A stretch of DNA of 64,000 nucleotides from an uncultured delta proteobacterium (GTDB lineage Bacteria > Myxococcota_A > Polyangia > Polyangiales > JAFGIB01): positions 928,001-992,000 of the forward strand of contig CAVZVA010000009.1 of the NCBI GenBank assembly GCA_963778655.1. The letters are read 5' to 3'. Position numbers and translations under genes: made by a program. Below, piece after piece: positions 1 through 9,901 of this stretch. The notes beneath the pieces were generated by a model. That model was given only the letters and a program-made list of their open reading frames with translations, was not told the origin of the DNA and did not search any database. How positions within the stretch are numbered: the first letter of the stretch is position 1; every line of letters begins with the position of its first letter.

Positions 1-1215
1 TACAGCGGCGACGGCAAGGTGTCCGGGACCGGCTGCACCAATATCAACGAGTGCGCCGGCGATCCATGCGGCACCGATTCCGGCACTCAGTGTGTCGAGA
101 ACTCGCCTGGGCAAGGCTACCATTGCAACTGCGGCTCGGGCTTGGTCTCCATCGATCCGACCGCAGACGGCGTCAACAACCCGACCTGCGCCTGCAACAT
201 GACCGGTACATTTGCGGTGCGCCTCGCCACGCCCCTCAGCTGGCCGCCGGTCACCAATTCGTTGACCGGAACCCAGGTCATCGACGGCGGCTCGGAGACC
301 ACCTATTCGTGGGCGATTCGGCGGATGACCTACGATTCCAGCGGCAATCTGTCGGGCACCGTTATTCTCTGCGGCGCGACCACTCCCGATCTCTGCGGTG
401 ATGGGGTCACCGGGTTCATCGCGCCCGAGGCCTACGCGCAGTTCGTGTCCAATCAGGCGTGGGGCACGGGGAACGCATGCCAGTGCGAGGGCACCTGCCA
501 ATGCTCGAGCTGTCCCAGCAAGGCGACCACGAGCATTGCATCGTTCGCCCTGCCCAACGCGCGCAAGGATCAGCCGTATCAGGAGCCGCTTACCGCGCAG
601 CTGTTCGGTATCTCTCTGACCGATCCGTTCGGCGCCTGGCCCGCGAGCCGCTCGAACGTTGGCGCCGCCGGATCGAGCGGCGGGACCAACGGGGCCGTCT
701 GGGTCGACCACGACGGGGATTGCAACCCTGGCGTGACCAGCTACGCCGTGCCTTCGGGCGGCATCGGCATCGACAACGCGATCCCCGATCCTCCGTTCGC
801 CTATCCAGCCAATTCCGCGGCGTGTCCGCGGGGCGCCAGCCATCAAAATGATCCACGCTTGCCGTACGCGTACGTTCCACAGAGCGAATTCGGGGCCGTT
901 CGACGCGTCAACGAAGTCTACAGCGCACAACGTGTCATCAGTCAGCTCAAGGGCACCTTCGCCGACTGCGACAACATCTCCGGAGACGTGGTGGGCCCCA
1001 ACAATGGGCCGATCCAGAGCGATTCCCGAATCCAGGGTTGCACCGACGACTCGTCTGACGGCGTGTGCGGCAGCAGTATCGTGAGCAGCCTCGACACCAC
1101 GCCGCAGAGCCAAACCATCAGCAACGCGACGTTCGTGATGAAGCGCCTGTCCAACGACAGCAACTTCACGGTCAGCTGCGACCACATCCGGAACACCGAC
1201 TTGCCCAAGCCGTAG
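1..1215 (+). CDS. Secreted Cys-rich protein with calcium-binding EGF-like domain(s); 5' end lies outside the window
   Basis: The frame is open from base 1 (YSGDGK...). It has a cbEGF-type pattern CTNINECAGDPCG...CV...GYHCNCGSG, followed by a Cys/Asp/Gly-rich C-terminal domain typical of myxobacterial surface proteins. Confidence 0.7.
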   Translation, partial: YSGDGKVSGTGCTNINECAGDPCGTDSGTQCVENSPGQGYHCNCGSGLVSIDPTADGVNNPTCACNMTGTFAVRLATPLSWPPVTNSLTGTQVIDGGSETTYSWAIRRMTYDSSGNLSGTVILCGATTPDLCGDGVTGFIAPEAYAQFVSNQAWGTGNACQCEGTCQCSSCPSKATTSIASFALPNARKDQPYQEPLTAQLFGISLTDPFGAWPASRSNVGAAGSSGGTNGAVWVDHDGDCNPGVTSYAVPSGGIGIDNAIPDPPFAYPANSAACPRGASHQNDPRLPYAYVPQSEFGAVRRVNEVYSAQRVISQLKGTFADCDNISGDVVGPNNGPIQSDSRIQGCTDDSSDGVCGSSIVSSLDTTPQSQTISNATFVMKRLSNDSNFTVSCDHIRNTDLPKP

Positions 1216-1305
1216 ATCGGCCTCGCTCAAGGCGCGGCGCGCTGCTCGCGCCTGCGCCCCGCCCGACCGGCAGCGCTGGCGCTCGATGGCGCGCCTGGCA
1301 CGAAG

Positions 1306-1608
1306 TCACTGGTTGAGCAGCCAGACCCACAGGCCGATCACAGAGGCTCCGACCCCGGCCATGCCGACGTAGACGAGCCAGTCCATGCTCAGCTGACTTG
1401 CGATGTAGGCCACGGCCCACGAGAGCAAGAACGGCACCATGAAGATGCGCACCGCGCGGAACAGCCCCTCAATCGGTCCGTCGGGCACGGGCTCGTCGTC
1501 GTCGTCCTCGAGCTCATCCTCCGCTCCGGGCGGCTCCTCCGGCCCGGAAGCCTCGGCGGCTTGCGGCTCGACCTCGGGCTCTTGCGGGTCCTGATCGGAG
1601 TGATCCAC
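1306..1608 (-). CDS. Small membrane protein (acidic N-terminus, two TM helices)
   Basis: 100 aa ORF with an Asp/Glu-rich N-terminus and two hydrophobic segments; codon usage is host-like. Confidence 0.6.
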   Translation of the reverse strand: MDHSDQDPQEPEVEPQAAEASGPEEPPGAEDELEDDDDEPVPDGPIEGLFRAVRIFMVPFLLSWAVAYIASQLSMDWLVYVGMAGVGASVIGLWVWLLNQ

Positions 1609-1703
1609 GTCCTGCTCGCGGGGCGCAGCCTAGCCGCCGTCTCGCGGCAGCACCAGCCCCGAAAGCGAGGCCTCGGGAGCGGGGCAGGATCCGCCGTGCC
1701 GGC

Positions 1704-2429
1704 TCAGTGGCCGCCGGTGCCCATGCCGCCGGTGCCCATGCCGCCGGTGCCCATGCCGCCGGTGCCCATGCCACCGGTGCCCATGCCACCGGTGCCCATG
1801 CCGCCGGTGCCCATGCCGCCGGTGCCCATGCCGCCGGTGCCCATGCCGCCGGTGCCCATGCCGCCGGTGCCCATGCCGCCGGTCCCCGCGCCGGCCGCGC
1901 CCATCGGCGGAGCAGTGCCGTCGCAGTTCTTGGGTTGCAGGCCGGGCGCGATCAGCGCCAGGAGCATGCTGTTGCGCGGAATGCAGCCCATGCCGGTGAG
2001 CAGATCTTGGATGCCGCAGGTGTTCGTGTTGGGCACGCAACAGCCCGGCACGTTGTTACCCATGATGGTTTCATCCGGGCACAGCGACGAATTCTGCATC
2101 GGCGCCATGCACTGCGCGTTCGAGGTGTCGAGCGCAGCGTTGTGCGTGCCGCACTGGTTGGCGCTGGTGCAGCAGATCTGCACGCACGCGGCCGCGAGGC
2201 CGGCTGACACCGCAGGGCACGCGACACCGCCGCAGCTCGTGATCGGCGTGGCCGGCATCGGGCACAAGCTCGCGGGCATACCGCCGGTCCCCGGCGCCGT
2301 GCTACCGCCCGTGCCGACCACGGTCGTGCCGCCGGTGCCTGCGGCCCCGGCTGCGTCGTTGTTCTTCTTGCTGCTGCAGCCTAGAGCCGTCACACAGCAC
2401 ACCCAAACCATCGTTGTTCTCCACCACAT
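1704..2429 (-). CDS. Cys-rich lipoprotein with C-terminal (GTGGM)n tail
   Basis: Signal peptide with lipobox ALG-C, a Cys-rich core and a Gly/Thr/Met repeat tail. Confidence 0.75.
   Translation of the reverse strand: MWWRTTMVWVCCVTALGCSSKKNNDAAGAAGTGGTTVVGTGGSTAPGTGGMPASLCPMPATPITSCGGVACPAVSAGLAAACVQICCTSANQCGTHNAALDTSNAQCMAPMQNSSLCPDETIMGNNVPGCCVPNTNTCGIQDLLTGMGCIPRNSMLLALIAPGLQPKNCDGTAPPMGAAGAGTGGMGTGGMGTGGMGTGGMGTGGMGTGGMGTGGMGTGGMGTGGMGTGGMGTGGMGTGGH
1711..1875. repeat. Tandem repeat, 11 x 15 bp (CCGCCGGTGCCCATG; two copies CCACCG...)
   Basis: Counted directly from the sequence; encodes GTGGM on the minus strand. Confidence 0.95.
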
Positions 2430-2738
2430 GGCTTCGGGACGTTAGGCATTCTTTCGCGCTCAGGCAATGGGCTCCAGGGCGACATCCCACGTTGAGGACG
2501 CGCCACCAGTTGCTCGCAAGCGCCCGCACGCGATCGCCGCGAGGTCCCTCGCCGCGGACGCGTCTCGAGCCCGTCGCGGGGTATCGACCTCCCCTCAGAA
2601 GTGGGGCGCGCGCACGTCCAGACCTACATGCGCGCGTCGCAGCGTCCACCTGGGCCGGCCGGACACACGTTCCCCGCGCCGTGCCGATCACATCGCGGCG
2701 TCGCAGTGCGTGCTGTAGAATTGAAGCCGAGTCCGCGG

Positions 2739-5700
2739 ATGGCCAACAGCCAGGTTCTAGCCAGCATCATACCCGGCAGCCTGATTGCCGGACGCTACAC
2801 AGTGGAACACGCCCTGGGCAAAGGGGGTATGGGCACGGTCTACGCCGTGCGCGACGCCTCGTCCGGGCGCTCGCTGGCGCTCAAGTACCTCCAGCGCGAA
2901 GCCGCCGTGGAGAAGGGGCCGGCGGCCGCGCTGTTCCAGCGCGAGTATCACACGCTCGCGCACCTGCGGCATCCGCGCGTGATCCAGGTGTACGACTACG
3001 GCGTCGACCACGGCCGGCCGTTCTACACGATGGAGCTGCTCGACGGCAGCGATCTGCGCGAGCTCGCGCCGGTGCAGTGGCCCCGCGCCTGTCGCTTGCT
3101 GCGCGACGTGGCGTCGTCGCTGGCGCTGCTGCACTCGCGCCGCTTGCTCCATCGCGACCTCAGCCCACGCAACGTGCGCTGCACGCGAGACGGGCAGGCC
3201 AAGCTGATCGACTTCGGCACGATGGCGCCGATGGGTCTGGCCAAGGACGTGGCGGGCACGCCGCCGTACATGGCGCCTGAAGCGATCCACGGCCAGGTGC
3301 TGGACGCGCGCACGGACCTGTACGCGCTGGGCGCGCTGGCGTACTGGACGCTGACCGGGTACGACGCCTATCCGGCGCGCGACGCGCGCGAGCTGCGCCA
3401 GCTGTGGCCGCGCGCCATCCTGCCCCCGTCGGCATTCGCCAAAGGCGTGCCCGAAGCGCTCGACGCGCTGGTGATGTCCCTGCTCAGCCTCGACCCCCAG
3501 GCGCGACCCAGCCACGCCGCCGAGGTGATCGAGCGCCTGACCGCGGTAGCGGCGCTTCCGCCCCTGGACCAACCCGAGGTCGCGCGCGCCTATCTGACTT
3601 CCCCGACGCTAGTCGGGCACACCGAGACCCTGAACAGTTTCCACAGGCGTCTGGTGCGCGCCGTGCGTGGTCGCGGCAGCTCGGTGCTGGTGCGGGGCAG
3701 CGCGGGCAGCGGCCGCAGCCGCCTGCTGCAAGCCCTGGTGCTCGAGGCCAAGCTCAACGGCGTGCTGGTGCTCGCGGCGGACGCGGAGGACGCGCAGCGC
3801 GGCGAGCTGGGCGTGCTGCGCGCGCTGATCGAGCGCTTGGTCGAGGCGGCTCCCGATCTTGCGGCGAGCAGCTTCGAGCCCTACGCCGCCGTGCTGGGCG
3901 GGCTCTTTCGCGCGCTTCACGCGCGGCTTCCCAACGCCCGGCCGACCAGCCTGCTGGCCGACCGGCGGGCACAGCTCGCGCGCGAGCTGCAAGCCGTGCG
4001 CGAGTGGCTGCTCGCGGTGTCGCGCGAGCGTGCGTTGATGGTGGCCATCGACGATGCGGACCATGCAGACGAAGCCTCCCGCGCGTGTCTGACGCTGCTG
4101 GCCGGAGACGCGCCGCATGCGTGTCTGGTAGTCGCGGCGGCGCTCGAGAGCGAGCAGGGCCACGAGGCGCTGGAGCTGCTGGCGGCCGGCGCCGTGCACG
4201 TCGCGCTGCGGCCGCTCGACGCGGAGCAATCGCTGCGGCTGCTGCGTTCCGTGTTCGGCGACGTACCGCAGCTGCAGGTGGTCGCGGACTTCATCCACAC
4301 GCTCGCCCAGGGCAATCCGCGCACGATCATGGAGCTCGCGCAGTATCTGGTCGACCGCAGCATCGCACGCTACGAGCGCGGCACCTTTACCTTACCCGAA
4401 ACGCTGCGCGATCAGGCCTTACCCAAAAGCATCGAGCAGGCGCTGTCCACGCGGATCGCGTCGCTCAGTCCTCCGGCGCGCGCGCTGGCCGAGGCGCTCT
4501 CGCTGGTGACCGATCACGGCCATCTCGAGCTCGACGAGGTGGTCGAGCTCTCGGGTCCCCAGGGCCCGAAGCAGGCCTATGGCGCCGTCGACGAACTGGT
4601 CGCCTCGCAGGTGCTGGTCGCCGCAGGCAGCAAGCACCACCTCAGCCACCGAGGCCTGGCCCAGGCGCTGCAACGCAAGCTGCTGCCCGAGCGCCGGCGT
4701 CTGCTGCACCTGCGCTTGGCGGCCGTGTACGAGGATCGCGCCATGCGCGCGCACGGGGCGGACGCCCGGCTGCTGGGCGCGTATCACCGCTACCTGGGCG
4801 GCGACATGGACGCCTGCCTGGCGGCAATCGCCAGCGAGAGGCTGATCGCCGATTCGGCGTTTCGACGCACGGCCGAGGCGGCCCAGATGTACGACGCTTG
4901 CGTCACGCACTTCGAGGCCGCCGGCTTGCCGCCCTCGCGGCTGTATCCGCTGCGCAAGGCGCTGCTGTGGCTCTCCTCGAGCACGGATCCCACGATGATC
5001 AAGCACGCCGGGCCCGCGCTGGCCCAGCTCTGTCACGACTCGGGTCGGATCTACGTGGAAGAGATCACCGACGAGCCCGATCCGGTGGCACGGATCCGCC
5101 GCTGCATCGACCGCGCCCGCAGCACGTACGAACGCGCCGACCCCTCGCAGCGCGGGCTTACGCCGGTCGAGGCGATCCGTGAGCTCGGGACGTGCACGCT
5201 GATGCTGACCGAGACGTATGTGCTCAACAACGACGCCGCGGCGCTCGCGCGCTTGCCCGACGCGATCGATCCCTTCCGGCCGCTCTCCGCCGTGCTTGGC
5301 CTGCTGCGCGAGCTGGCGAGCCAGGCGCTCGAGGCGCTGCGCGGCAAAGACGTCGCCCAGCGCCGTCTGGCCTTGCTCGAGCGGCTCGATCTCCCCCTCG
5401 AGGGCCTCGAGCCCAGGTCCCAGCATGCGATTCGGTGCAGCTTGATCTACTGGCACGCCATGGACGAGGCCGCGCTCGGCAAGCCCGCGGTGCTGGAGCG
5501 CGCCGCGGAGCTCGAGCGGCATCCGCTCTACGCGCCGCTGGGCGCCCAGGTGCGCAGCGTGTTCCATCTGTTCTCCGGCAACGAGGAGGAAGCCGAGCGC
5601 TGGCAGCGGCGCCGCGAGCGGCTGTCGTTGCAGACCCCGTTCTCGAACTTCGCGAGCACCCGCGGGATCATTCACGAGGCCTTCGGCTACTACCTGTGCG

Positions 5701-6794
5701 GCAGCGTGCTCGGGATGCGGCGCACGCTGCAGGCTGCCAGCAAGCTGGCGGCGCGCCATCCCGGCTGGAAGCCGCTGTTGCGCACGGTCGAGGGGATGTA
5801 CGCCCTGCTGCGCGGGGAGCCGGCAAACGCGCTCGTGCTTCTCGACGCCGAGCGCGCGCTATCGGGGCGCGTGCGCGCGTTACTTGCGCTGGGGCGCGCC
5901 GAAGAGGCGCATGCGCTGGCGCAGCGAGGGCTCAACGATCCGGGTCGGGAGGGCGATCACCCGTTGTGGTTGCACCGCCTGCGCGCGGCCGCGGCGCTGG
6001 CACGCTCGGCGGCGGGCGACCCGGCCGGCGCGGCGCACGCGCTCGATGGCGACATCGAGCGTGCGGAGGCCGCGGGAGTCGGCGGCATGCTGCTCTGCGG
6101 CATGCACGAGGCGCGCGCCCGAATCGCGATCCAGATGGACGATCGCAGTGCCTTTCGGCGGCACGTGCGCAAGCTCGGCGCGACCTACGGCCGTGGCACC
6201 TCCGCGCTGCGCGCGCGCTACGAGCAGCTCGGCGTGGCCGCGCGCCAGGCGCTGCTCTCCATGCCTCCGCCGCGCTCCGTGCCGGCGCCGAGCTCGCACT
6301 TTTCCGGCGCCTCGTCGGTGCGCTCGCTGCTCGACTCGGCGATGACCCCCTCACAGCGCTTGCAGCTGGCGCTGCAAATCCTGGCCGACCAGGCGAGCTC
6401 GGCGCGCGGCTTTCTGTTCGCCATGCACGGCTCCGGTATGCGCGTGGCAGCCACGTTGGGCGGAGGGCCGCCCCCGGAGGGTCTGGACGACATGCTGGCC
6501 TTCTATCTCAGCGCAGAGCTGGACTCGGGTCCGGCAGCGCCCAGCGCCGCCGCGAGCATCACCGGCACCTTCGCGAGCGCGCCCGACATGGTGGCGTGGA
6601 TCAACGACGGCCACAGCCTCTACTACCCGGTGCTGCTGAGCTGCGTGCGGGGCGAGCGCCGCGTGATCAGCGGCGTTGCCGTGCTCGCGCTGCCGGTCCA
6701 GCGCGACCCCAAGCTGCCGCCGGAGCTCGTCTCCGAGCTGAGCGGCGCGCTGCTCGATGCCGGCGACGTAGTGGGCGTGCAGGCGGCCGACTGA
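2739..6794 (+). CDS. Hanks-type Ser/Thr kinase fused to AAA16/STAND-like ATPase, helical region and GAF-like tail
   Basis: Kinase motifs GKGGMGTVY, ALK, HRDLSPRN, DFG and GTPPYMAPE. Walker A-like GSAGSGRS and Walker B VAIDD. Start placed at ATG 2739 (ORF track starts at 2601). Confidence 0.85.
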   Translation: MANSQVLASIIPGSLIAGRYTVEHALGKGGMGTVYAVRDASSGRSLALKYLQREAAVEKGPAAALFQREYHTLAHLRHPRVIQVYDYGVDHGRPFYTMELLDGSDLRELAPVQWPRACRLLRDVASSLALLHSRRLLHRDLSPRNVRCTRDGQAKLIDFGTMAPMGLAKDVAGTPPYMAPEAIHGQVLDARTDLYALGALAYWTLTGYDAYPARDARELRQLWPRAILPPSAFAKGVPEALDALVMSLLSLDPQARPSHAAEVIERLTAVAALPPLDQPEVARAYLTSPTLVGHTETLNSFHRRLVRAVRGRGSSVLVRGSAGSGRSRLLQALVLEAKLNGVLVLAADAEDAQRGELGVLRALIERLVEAAPDLAASSFEPYAAVLGGLFRALHARLPNARPTSLLADRRAQLARELQAVREWLLAVSRERALMVAIDDADHADEASRACLTLLAGDAPHACLVVAAALESEQGHEALELLAAGAVHVALRPLDAEQSLRLLRSVFGDVPQLQVVADFIHTLAQGNPRTIMELAQYLVDRSIARYERGTFTLPETLRDQALPKSIEQALSTRIASLSPPARALAEALSLVTDHGHLELDEVVELSGPQGPKQAYGAVDELVASQVLVAAGSKHHLSHRGLAQALQRKLLPERRRLLHLRLAAVYEDRAMRAHGADARLLGAYHRYLGGDMDACLAAIASERLIADSAFRRTAEAAQMYDACVTHFEAAGLPPSRLYPLRKALLWLSSSTDPTMIKHAGPALAQLCHDSGRIYVEEITDEPDPVARIRRCIDRARSTYERADPSQRGLTPVEAIRELGTCTLMLTETYVLNNDAAALARLPDAIDPFRPLSAVLGLLRELASQALEALRGKDVAQRRLALLERLDLPLEGLEPRSQHAIRCSLIYWHAMDEAALGKPAVLERAAELERHPLYAPLGAQVRSVFHLFSGNEEEAERWQRRRERLSLQTPFSNFASTRGIIHEAFGYYLCGSVLGMRRTLQAASKLAARHPGWKPLLRTVEGMYALLRGEPANALVLLDAERALSGRVRALLALGRAEEAHALAQRGLNDPGREGDHPLWLHRLRAAAALARSAAGDPAGAAHALDGDIERAEAAGVGGMLLCGMHEARARIAIQMDDRSAFRRHVRKLGATYGRGTSALRARYEQLGVAARQALLSMPPPRSVPAPSSHFSGASSVRSLLDSAMTPSQRLQLALQILADQASSARGFLFAMHGSGMRVAATLGGGPPPEGLDDMLAFYLSAELDSGPAAPSAAASITGTFASAPDMVAWINDGHSLYYPVLLSCVRGERRVISGVAVLALPVQRDPKLPPELVSELSGALLDAGDVVGVQAAD

Positions 6795-6813
6795 GCGCGG
6801 CCGCCTGACGCCG

Positions 6814-7365
6814 CTATTTGCGCTTGTACGCGAGCTTGTAGCGGATCGCCTTGCTCAGGCGATCGCTCTTGAAGGTCACGCTGCGCTGCAGGGTCTTGCC
6901 GTCGGAGGACAGCGAGTACACGGTCGTCGTCGTGCCCTCGTCCCCGGACGAGACCTCGATCAAGCGCGATCCGTCGAAACGATGGGTGACCTTGATCGTG
7001 TACTTGCCATCCGGGCTCTTGACGTTCTCCGTCTTGCCGTCCTCGGTGGTGACGTTGGGCAGCTCGCCGGTCTTGATGCCGATTTGGCTGCCCTTGACGT
7101 CGATCACGATCACGTCGAAGAAGTGGTCCTCCATCGCCTTCTTGATCATGAAACGCATCACCATGTTGAGGTCGGACAGCCCTTCATCGAGGGCCTTGTC
7201 CACGATGGCGATGCCTTGATCCTTGCTCCCGGCGTACTTGTACTTGCCCGAGAACTTGGCCAGAGCCGGCGGCGACTCGGCGTGGACGAGCGCCACGCCG
7301 CAAATCAAGGTCAGCCCGGCGCTCAGCGCGCACAGCGCGTGGCGCAACCGCCCCCGGCTCGTCAT
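6814..7365 (-). CDS. Hypothetical secreted protein
   Basis: Signal-peptide-like N-terminus, Lys-rich beta-rich body and strong host codon bias. Start is uncertain (7365 or 7416). Confidence 0.65.
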   Translation of the reverse strand: MTSRGRLRHALCALSAGLTLICGVALVHAESPPALAKFSGKYKYAGSKDQGIAIVDKALDEGLSDLNMVMRFMIKKAMEDHFFDVIVIDVKGSQIGIKTGELPNVTTEDGKTENVKSPDGKYTIKVTHRFDGSRLIEVSSGDEGTTTTVYSLSSDGKTLQRSVTFKSDRLSKAIRYKLAYKRK

Positions 7366-7524
7366 CCCTGCTCGCGTTTGCTCCTGCGTCGTTGTCTGCA
7401 CGGCTCGACTCCTCACGTGGGCTTTCGACGGCGCGGCCCCCGTTCTTGTTCAATCGCGACTGGTTTCAGGTGGTTCCAAAGCTTGCGACATCCTCGAAGC
7501 GAAGCGCATCGGCGCCGGCCCGGC

Positions 7525-8784
7525 CTACGGCGCGCCCCCTAGGGAGCACGCAGGCGAGACGGCCGAATGACTGCTCTTGACCGCCTTGATCCACTCGTCG
7601 GCACACTGGGCGCTGGCCTTGTCCTTCTTGGCCTCGCCCAGCGAGGCCAGTGCGGCGTCCTTGCGCTTGGTCTTGTAGTGGGCGATGCCGAGCAGCAGGT
7701 GGGCCTCGCCGGCCGCCTTCAGGCCGCCAAGCTGGAAGGCCTTGCTTAGCGCGTCGCGCGCCTTCGTCCACTTGCCGCGGACCAATTCGAGCCGCCCAAT
7801 CTCCTGATACAGGTTGCCCGAGCCGACACCGTCGCCGGCGCGGGCCAGCACGGCCTCGGCGTGTTCCACGTCCTTGCCGGCCACCCAGCAGGTGGCGAGC
7901 AGATCGAGGTTCTCCGGCGACTTGCTGACCTTGCCGGCGCTCATCTGCTTGTCGAGCAGCGCCGCGCCCTTCAGCGCGGCGCCCGCTCGCAGGTACATCC
8001 GCGCGAGATTGACCAGGTCCTTCTCCTCGGTCAGCAGACCCTTGCCGTTCGCGGTCTCGAGCGTGGCCAGCGCCTTGTCTTCCTTGCCCATCGCTTCGTA
8101 GGTGGCGGAGAGCTGGAGCCAGTACTCCTTCTTGGGGAAGCTCGCGACCAGGCGCTCGAGCACCGCGGCCACCTGCGGATCCTGCTTGAGCTCGTAGTGC
8201 AGCGAGAGCAGCAGCTGCAGCCAGGGCTCCTTGGGCTCCTTCATGCCGGCGACGGCCTTCTTGGCGTAGGGCAGGCCCTCGGCAAAACGGTGTGCTTGGG
8301 CGAAGGCGCTCGCGATCAGGTAGTAGTTGTCTGGCGTGGGGCTCTTGGCCCGCTTCTCCCACTTCGCGAAGGCGTCCGCCGACTCGGAAAAGCGCTCGGC
8401 CGTAAAATAGGCCTCGGCCAGGTTGAACTCGGCGTCGAGCTGCTGGGCCTCGGGCATGGCATGGGGCGCGACCGCCTGCTCCATGTCCTTGACCACCTCG
8501 TCTGTCTTGTTCATTGCGAAGTGAATGCCGGCCCGCGCCGACCACAGCATCGCCCGCTCGTAGGGGTTGAGGTACTTGTGCTCGGCGATGCGATCGAGCG
8601 CCGCCAGCGCTTCGGCCCACTTCTTGTCCTGCGCGAGCTCGCCGACCTTCTTGAGCTGCTCGGCGACCTTCAGCGTGATCGTGTACTGCGGTTTCTCACT
8701 GTCGCTGCCCTTGCCGCTGTGCGCGCAACCGAGCAAGCACGCGGCGGTCAGACCCAAGCAGACGAGCTGGCGAAGTAGCGGCAT
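7525..8784 (-). CDS. Tetratricopeptide-repeat lipoprotein
   Basis: Lipobox LLG-C and multiple TPR-like helical pairs (e.g. KKEYWLQLSATY, EAHLLLGIAHY). Confidence 0.8.
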   Translation of the reverse strand: MPLLRQLVCLGLTAACLLGCAHSGKGSDSEKPQYTITLKVAEQLKKVGELAQDKKWAEALAALDRIAEHKYLNPYERAMLWSARAGIHFAMNKTDEVVKDMEQAVAPHAMPEAQQLDAEFNLAEAYFTAERFSESADAFAKWEKRAKSPTPDNYYLIASAFAQAHRFAEGLPYAKKAVAGMKEPKEPWLQLLLSLHYELKQDPQVAAVLERLVASFPKKEYWLQLSATYEAMGKEDKALATLETANGKGLLTEEKDLVNLARMYLRAGAALKGAALLDKQMSAGKVSKSPENLDLLATCWVAGKDVEHAEAVLARAGDGVGSGNLYQEIGRLELVRGKWTKARDALSKAFQLGGLKAAGEAHLLLGIAHYKTKRKDAALASLGEAKKDKASAQCADEWIKAVKSSHSAVSPACSLGGAP

Positions 8785-9181
8785 GGCTCTCCTCGAACCC
8801 AGGGTGACGCGCAGCGTGGGCCCGACGTCGTGGCCGGCGCGAGCACGCCCGGCGCCGTGTCTGGCTCCACGTATGCGCGTGATGTGGGGAAGGGTAGTGG
8901 ACGCGCGCGCCGTGGATCAAGGACGCGCGCGAGCAGGCGCGTTCGAAATTTAATTCAAAATTCGGCGCGGGCCGGCGCCCGCCCTTCGGGCGCCCTCGGG
9001 CGCCCTCCGCCGCAGCCTCGTGGCGATCGTCTAACTCAATGAGATCGCACTCGTTTTTTCTCTTCGCCGGGTCCGCGAGATTCTGCTAAGGTACGCGCGA
9101 TTGAAGCCGGGGCCGACCTGCACCGCAGGGGCGGCGCGGGCCCCCGGCGTGCTGCAGCGAGACGAGGTCGTGCCTCACACG

Positions 9182-9901
9182 ATGTTCACAGACGGGTTTC
9201 TGGAGACCGTGCGCCGCTGGGACGGCACCCTGCTCGGCCCGAGCGCCGAGAACCGGCGGCTCGAGGGCGTTCGCGTGTTCAAGAGCGACTGGTTCGAGCG
9301 CTACTTCGCGCAAGCCCACCCGATCATGCCCGGCGTGTTCTGGGGGCCGATCATCGCGACCTGCATCTATGCGACCGCGGCCGATCCGCGCTTCGAGGTG
9401 CTCACGGCGCTCTCGGGCTTCGTGCTCGGTCTGCTGGCGTGGACGCTGCTCGAGTACTTGCTGCACCGCTACGTCTTCCACCTCAGTCCCGACAACAGCT
9501 TCGAGAGCAAGCTGCGCCAGTTCATGGTCCACGGCTACCATCACGAGTTTCCCAACGACCGCATGCGCCTGGTCGCGCCGCTGCTGCTCAGCCTGCCGAT
9601 CGCGGTGGTGATCTTGCTGCTCTACGTGATGGTGCTCGGCCGCTACCACTTCATGATGTGCTTCGCCGGGACCGCGGCCGGATACGTCGCCTACGACTGG
9701 ACGCACTACTACACCCACCACTTCCGCCCGACCACGCGGGTCGGTCGCTTCCTGCGGCGCTACCATATGGAGCACCACTACAAGGACAGCGAGTCGCACT
9801 TCGGCATCAGCTCGCCGCTCTGGGATTGGGTGTTTGGAACGGCCAAGGGCCGTAGCGACGCCTCAGGTCCCGATCAAACGATCGCCACGACCGACGCGTA
9901 G
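9182..9901 (+). CDS. Fatty acid hydroxylase / sterol desaturase family (FA2H/Scs7-like)
   Basis: Four His boxes HRYVFH, HGYHH, HYYTHH and HMEHH, plus C-terminal FGISSPLWDWVFGT. Start is uncertain (9101-9182). Confidence 0.9.
   Translation: MFTDGFLETVRRWDGTLLGPSAENRRLEGVRVFKSDWFERYFAQAHPIMPGVFWGPIIATCIYATAADPRFEVLTALSGFVLGLLAWTLLEYLLHRYVFHLSPDNSFESKLRQFMVHGYHHEFPNDRMRLVAPLLLSLPIAVVILLLYVMVLGRYHFMMCFAGTAAGYVAYDWTHYYTHHFRPTTRVGRFLRRYHMEHHYKDSESHFGISSPLWDWVFGTAKGRSDASGPDQTIATTDA

Noticed and set aside
1711..1875. Tandem repeat as a CRISPR array
   Set aside because: The 15 bp units are contiguous with no spacers, in frame within a CDS, and no cas genes are present.
1561..2445. Plus-strand ORF with (PPVPM)n
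   Set aside because: It is the antisense shadow of the lipoprotein gene, which has a lipobox and a coherent Cys-rich domain.
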